Shown: positions 61,066 through 64,000 of the stretch, one piece after another
How positions within the stretch are numbered: the first letter of the stretch is position 1
Layout: each line of letters begins with the position of its first letter
Source of the DNA: Myxococcota bacterium
GTDB lineage: Bacteria; Myxococcota_A; Polyangia; Nannocystales; Nannocystaceae
Length of the DNA stretch: 64,000 nucleotides
Assembly (NCBI GenBank): GCA_039028615.1
Contig: JBCCHT010000006.1
Span: 1-64,000, forward strand
Direction: 5' to 3'
Notes under the pieces: generated by a model
Told to the model about the DNA's origin: nothing
The model's database searches: none
What the model saw: the letters and a program-made list of their open reading frames with translations, nothing else
Translations under genes and position numbers: made by a program

Positions 61066-61929
61066 CTAGAACAGGGCCACCTGCTCGGGCTCGCGTCGCT
61101 CGCCGACGAAGCCGGGCAAGTGGCCCACTTTCGTGCGCGTAGACAAGATGTCGAAGAAGCGTCGAGCCAGGCGCGGCGCGTGGAAGTCGTTGGGCACGTG
61201 CATGAACACGTGGGGCTCCCGCCCCTGCTCCAGCCACTGCACCACGACGTCGGACCAGCTCGCCAAGCGCTCGTCGTTGGCCTCCAGATCGGGGTTGGCG
61301 ATGAAGCGCAAGACGGGGCGGCCCGCCGTCGCCACGACGGGCGCGGGGAGCTTGGGCTTGCGCTCGTGGGCCTGCACCAGCGCGGGATCGTCCCCCGTGG
61401 CCTCGTGCACCCCTCGGGTATCGAGGATGACCCGGTCCACCCCCAGCTCGGCCAACATGGAGTCGAGTTCTTCGGCGATGCGGGCCTCGAAGTACGCCGG
61501 GTGACGGACCTCGACCGCATACGAGGCCAAGGGCGGCAACGCGAGCAGGAAATCCTCCAGCTGCGGTAGGCGTTCGGGGCCAAAGCGCGGCGGGAGCTGG
61601 ACCAACACCGGGCCGATCCGGTCGGCGAGCGGGCGCATCACCTCCATGAACGAGACGGCCTCGCGCTCGGCGTTCACCAGCATGCGATCGTGGGTCACGG
61701 TGCGCGGCAGCTTGAAGCAGAACCGAAAACCGGGCGGCGCCTGGTCGAGCCAACGCAGCACGGTCTCCGCCGGCGGCGTCGCGTAGAAGGTGGTGTTGCC
61801 TTCGACCGCGTTGAAGTAGCGCGCGTAGGCTTCCAAGCGGCGATCGGCCGGCGTCTTGGGCGGGTAGAGCTCCCCGTTCCAGTCGACCCGATTCCAGATC
61901 GGCAGGCCGAGCCACACCCGCTCGATCAT
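61066..61929 (-). CDS. DUF72 domain protein
   Basis: VEGNTTFYA, FCFKLP..VTH, QLPPRF, AVEVRH. Confidence 0.9.
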   Translation of the reverse strand: MIERVWLGLPIWNRVDWNGELYPPKTPADRRLEAYARYFNAVEGNTTFYATPPAETVLRWLDQAPPGFRFCFKLPRTVTHDRMLVNAEREAVSFMEVMRPLADRIGPVLVQLPPRFGPERLPQLEDFLLALPPLASYAVEVRHPAYFEARIAEELDSMLAELGVDRVILDTRGVHEATGDDPALVQAHERKPKLPAPVVATAGRPVLRFIANPDLEANDERLASWSDVVVQWLEQGREPHVFMHVPNDFHAPRLARRFFDILSTRTKVGHLPGFVGERREPEQVALF

Positions 61930-62020
61930 GTGCGCTCACCCATCTATGACGAGCCTAGAGCGCATCCGCGAACGATTTCAAGCGGTCATGCGAACGCCAG
62001 TATGCAGTACGCTGTCGCCC

Positions 62021-62737
62021 ATGAGCCTGTCGCTGAAGACCCAGTGGACCATCGTCGCCTCGGGACTCGTGGCACATGCCGATCACGTGCTCACGGGTGA
62101 AGAGTGCGAGCGGCTCATGGCGATGGTGGATGCGCAGGTCGACGAGGACGAGTACGCGCAGTGGATGGCCATCATCAGCGACGGGCCGCAGCTCGAACAA
62201 CGACTGAAGAGCCTGCCTCCGCCCCCGGCCGAGGATCATCGCCAGATCCTCGAGGACGCGTGGCTGATGGCGGTGGTCGATGGCGAGCGCGCGGACGAAG
62301 AAATCGAGGCCCTGGAGCGCATCGCGGAGCACATCGGGGTGGAGCCCCTTCAGCTCGAGTTCTGGCGCGAGGCATGGACCGAGGCCCAGCAGGCCTACGC
62401 CGAGCACGTGAGCATCGCGTTGGCCTGGGTGCTGGGCGGGGGCGAACCCGCCGGCCCCGACGACGCGGGCACGATTCGCGACACGGTGGGTGAGCTGCCC
62501 ACGACCCACGAGCACCGCGAGCAGCTCGAAGGGGTCGCCCGCGCCGGACACGACGGAGACAAAGCCGCCGCCGGCCTTCGCGCCGCAGGCACGGCCCAGC
62601 GCCGCGATGCCCTGCAGCGGCTCCACGCCGCGGCCGAAGCCGCCTCCCGCGGTGACGAAGCCAAGACCCGCTGGCGGGAGCTGGCGGCCGCGACCGGGCT
62701 CGACGACGCGGAGATCGAGCGCATCGCCAGCGCCTAG
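62021..62737 (+). CDS. TerB-like protein
   Basis: VAHADHVLTGEE and AVVDGERADEE motifs. Confidence 0.7.
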   Translation: MSLSLKTQWTIVASGLVAHADHVLTGEECERLMAMVDAQVDEDEYAQWMAIISDGPQLEQRLKSLPPPPAEDHRQILEDAWLMAVVDGERADEEIEALERIAEHIGVEPLQLEFWREAWTEAQQAYAEHVSIALAWVLGGGEPAGPDDAGTIRDTVGELPTTHEHREQLEGVARAGHDGDKAAAGLRAAGTAQRRDALQRLHAAAEAASRGDEAKTRWRELAAATGLDDAEIERIASA

Positions 62738-62773
62738 GCCCGGCCCGCATTCATCGATACAAAGGACACGATC

Positions 62774-63577
62774 ATGGACCTCGGAGCCGAGCGACTGCTC
62801 TCGCTGGTCGAGAACGCGGGTGGGTTCGAGGTCTCGCGACCGCGCCCCTTCTGCGCGGTGCTCCAGCCCCGGGAGCCCACCGAGCGAGACTTCCTCCACC
62901 AGGACCTGCTGCGCCCCGAACATCGCGAGGCGTTCTTCAGTGTGGTCGACGAGGTCGGCCTGGTCGTGGTGCGAGGGGTCGCGGCCGATCCGAGCCGCTA
63001 CCGCGACGTCCGAGGCCGTTCGAGCCGCGGGCGCCTGAGCCAGGGCGAGTACTATCACCACGACGGCTGCTCCGGCCCCACCAAGCCGCGCGTGGTGGAG
63101 ATTCGCTGCCCGCACCAGCCGGTAGCGCGCACCATCGCCACCGCGGTCGCCCCCTTCCCCGCCACGCTCTACTCGATGCTGCGCGAGCTCCCGCCGCAGC
63201 TCCGAAGCCGTGAAGAGCTCGCCCCGTGGTGCGAGCAGCTCGATGCCCAGGGCCGGCTCCCCGAGCCGGAGCTCGACATGGTGCAGGGACTGGCGACCCG
63301 AGCCGTGCGCAAGAGCCTGGGTGCCGCTGATGCCCGGAGCTACTTCCGCGGGGTCGACCAGCGCTGCGAGGCCTTCGACGAACCCTGGCAACGCGGTGAG
63401 AGCCGCTTCATCGCCAATGCCAACGCCGGTCGCACCATGCAGCACCGCCGCGCCTACGCGATGAGCCACGACGAGCTGGGGCCCAGCGGCAAGCTGCTCA
63501 AGCGCTGGCCGGCCGACCCGGGCGTGCTCGACGGACCGGCTCAGCCATCGAGTGCGCCCGGGAACACCCCGTCGTAG
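62774..63577 (+). CDS. Hypothetical protein, possible TauD-like Fe(II)/2OG dioxygenase
   Basis: YHHDG (HxD) and WQRGES.FIAN...MQHRR. Confidence 0.55.
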   Translation: MDLGAERLLSLVENAGGFEVSRPRPFCAVLQPREPTERDFLHQDLLRPEHREAFFSVVDEVGLVVVRGVAADPSRYRDVRGRSSRGRLSQGEYYHHDGCSGPTKPRVVEIRCPHQPVARTIATAVAPFPATLYSMLRELPPQLRSREELAPWCEQLDAQGRLPEPELDMVQGLATRAVRKSLGAADARSYFRGVDQRCEAFDEPWQRGESRFIANANAGRTMQHRRAYAMSHDELGPSGKLLKRWPADPGVLDGPAQPSSAPGNTPS

Positions 63578-64000
63578 CGAGCGATGGCGTCCTCGGTGCC
63601 GCACAGGTGGACGCGGTCGCCCTCGGCCGGCACGAAGTCCTCGGAGAAGTCGACGATGACCTGGTCGTCGCGCTCGACGGCGACCACCGAGCAGCCCGTC
63701 TTGGCCCCGACCTTGGACTCGCTGAGCTTGCGACCGATGAGCCCGGTGGGCCGTACGCCGACGAGCTTGAGGCGAGCCTCGAGGGAGATCCACTCGTCGC
63801 CCAGCAGCTTGTGGGCCAGGATCTCGCCCGCGACCTCGCCCAGCGAGACGGCAAAGTCGGCCCCCGCCCGGTGAAAGCGCTCGACGTGATCGACCCGCGC
63901 GACCCGGGCAATGATCGGAATCTCCGGGGCCAGGTCGCGAGCCACCGCGGCGGCAAAGAGGTTGGTGCTGTCGTCGGCCACGGCCAAGATCGCGGCCCGG
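63541..64000 (-). CDS. TrkA-N/TrkA-C (RCK) domain potassium transport protein, 5' part outside window
   Basis: DDSTNLF, IIARV, AGADFAVS, LIGRKLSE...GCSVVAVER, GDRVHLCGT. Confidence 0.85.
   Translation of the reverse strand, partial: RAAILAVADDSTNLFAAAVARDLAPEIPIIARVARVDHVERFHRAGADFAVSLGEVAGEILAHKLLGDEWISLEARLKLVGVRPTGLIGRKLSESKVGAKTGCSVVAVERDDQVIVDFSEDFVPAEGDRVHLCGTEDAIARYDGVFPGALDG

Overview
High-GC myxobacterial chromosome segment. The gene style (Cys-rich lipoproteins, ECF sigma factor with long C-terminal extension, AgmU/GltD-like TPR protein) suggests Nannocystaceae; this is inference. Positions 1-15 kb hold the core minus-strand cluster tRNA-Thr/Tyr/Gly/Thr, tuf, rpmG, tRNA-Trp, secE, nusG, rplKAJL, rpoBC, with candidate L1-binding and L10-leader RNAs. 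The rest is accessory. It includes lipid enzymes, an ECF triad, and a vWA lipoprotein/histidine kinase/OmpR-regulator operon preceded by 11-bp-phased ATGAC repeats. It also holds an orphan HvfA-like Cys-Gly lipopeptide, pncA-pncB, a radical SAM enzyme, an SLT, plsX, LysR/DoxX and secreted beta-helix proteins. Two loci stand out. (1) A three-gene operon at 40185-46266 with no signal peptides encodes a glycine-zipper/hemopexin protein, an 844-aa protein with four tandem beta-sandwich-like repeats, and an apparent diverged paralog carrying a circularly permuted OmpA-like domain with a Gly-rich insert. It is a candidate undescribed toxin or surface complex. (2) A divergently transcribed, translationally coupled cluster at 32583-39060 encodes two AsnB-like ligases, GT1, GT2, a circularly permuted ROK kinase and a PIG-L deacetylase. 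It is a candidate novel glyco-amide pathway. All functional calls come from motif reading only; no database search was run.
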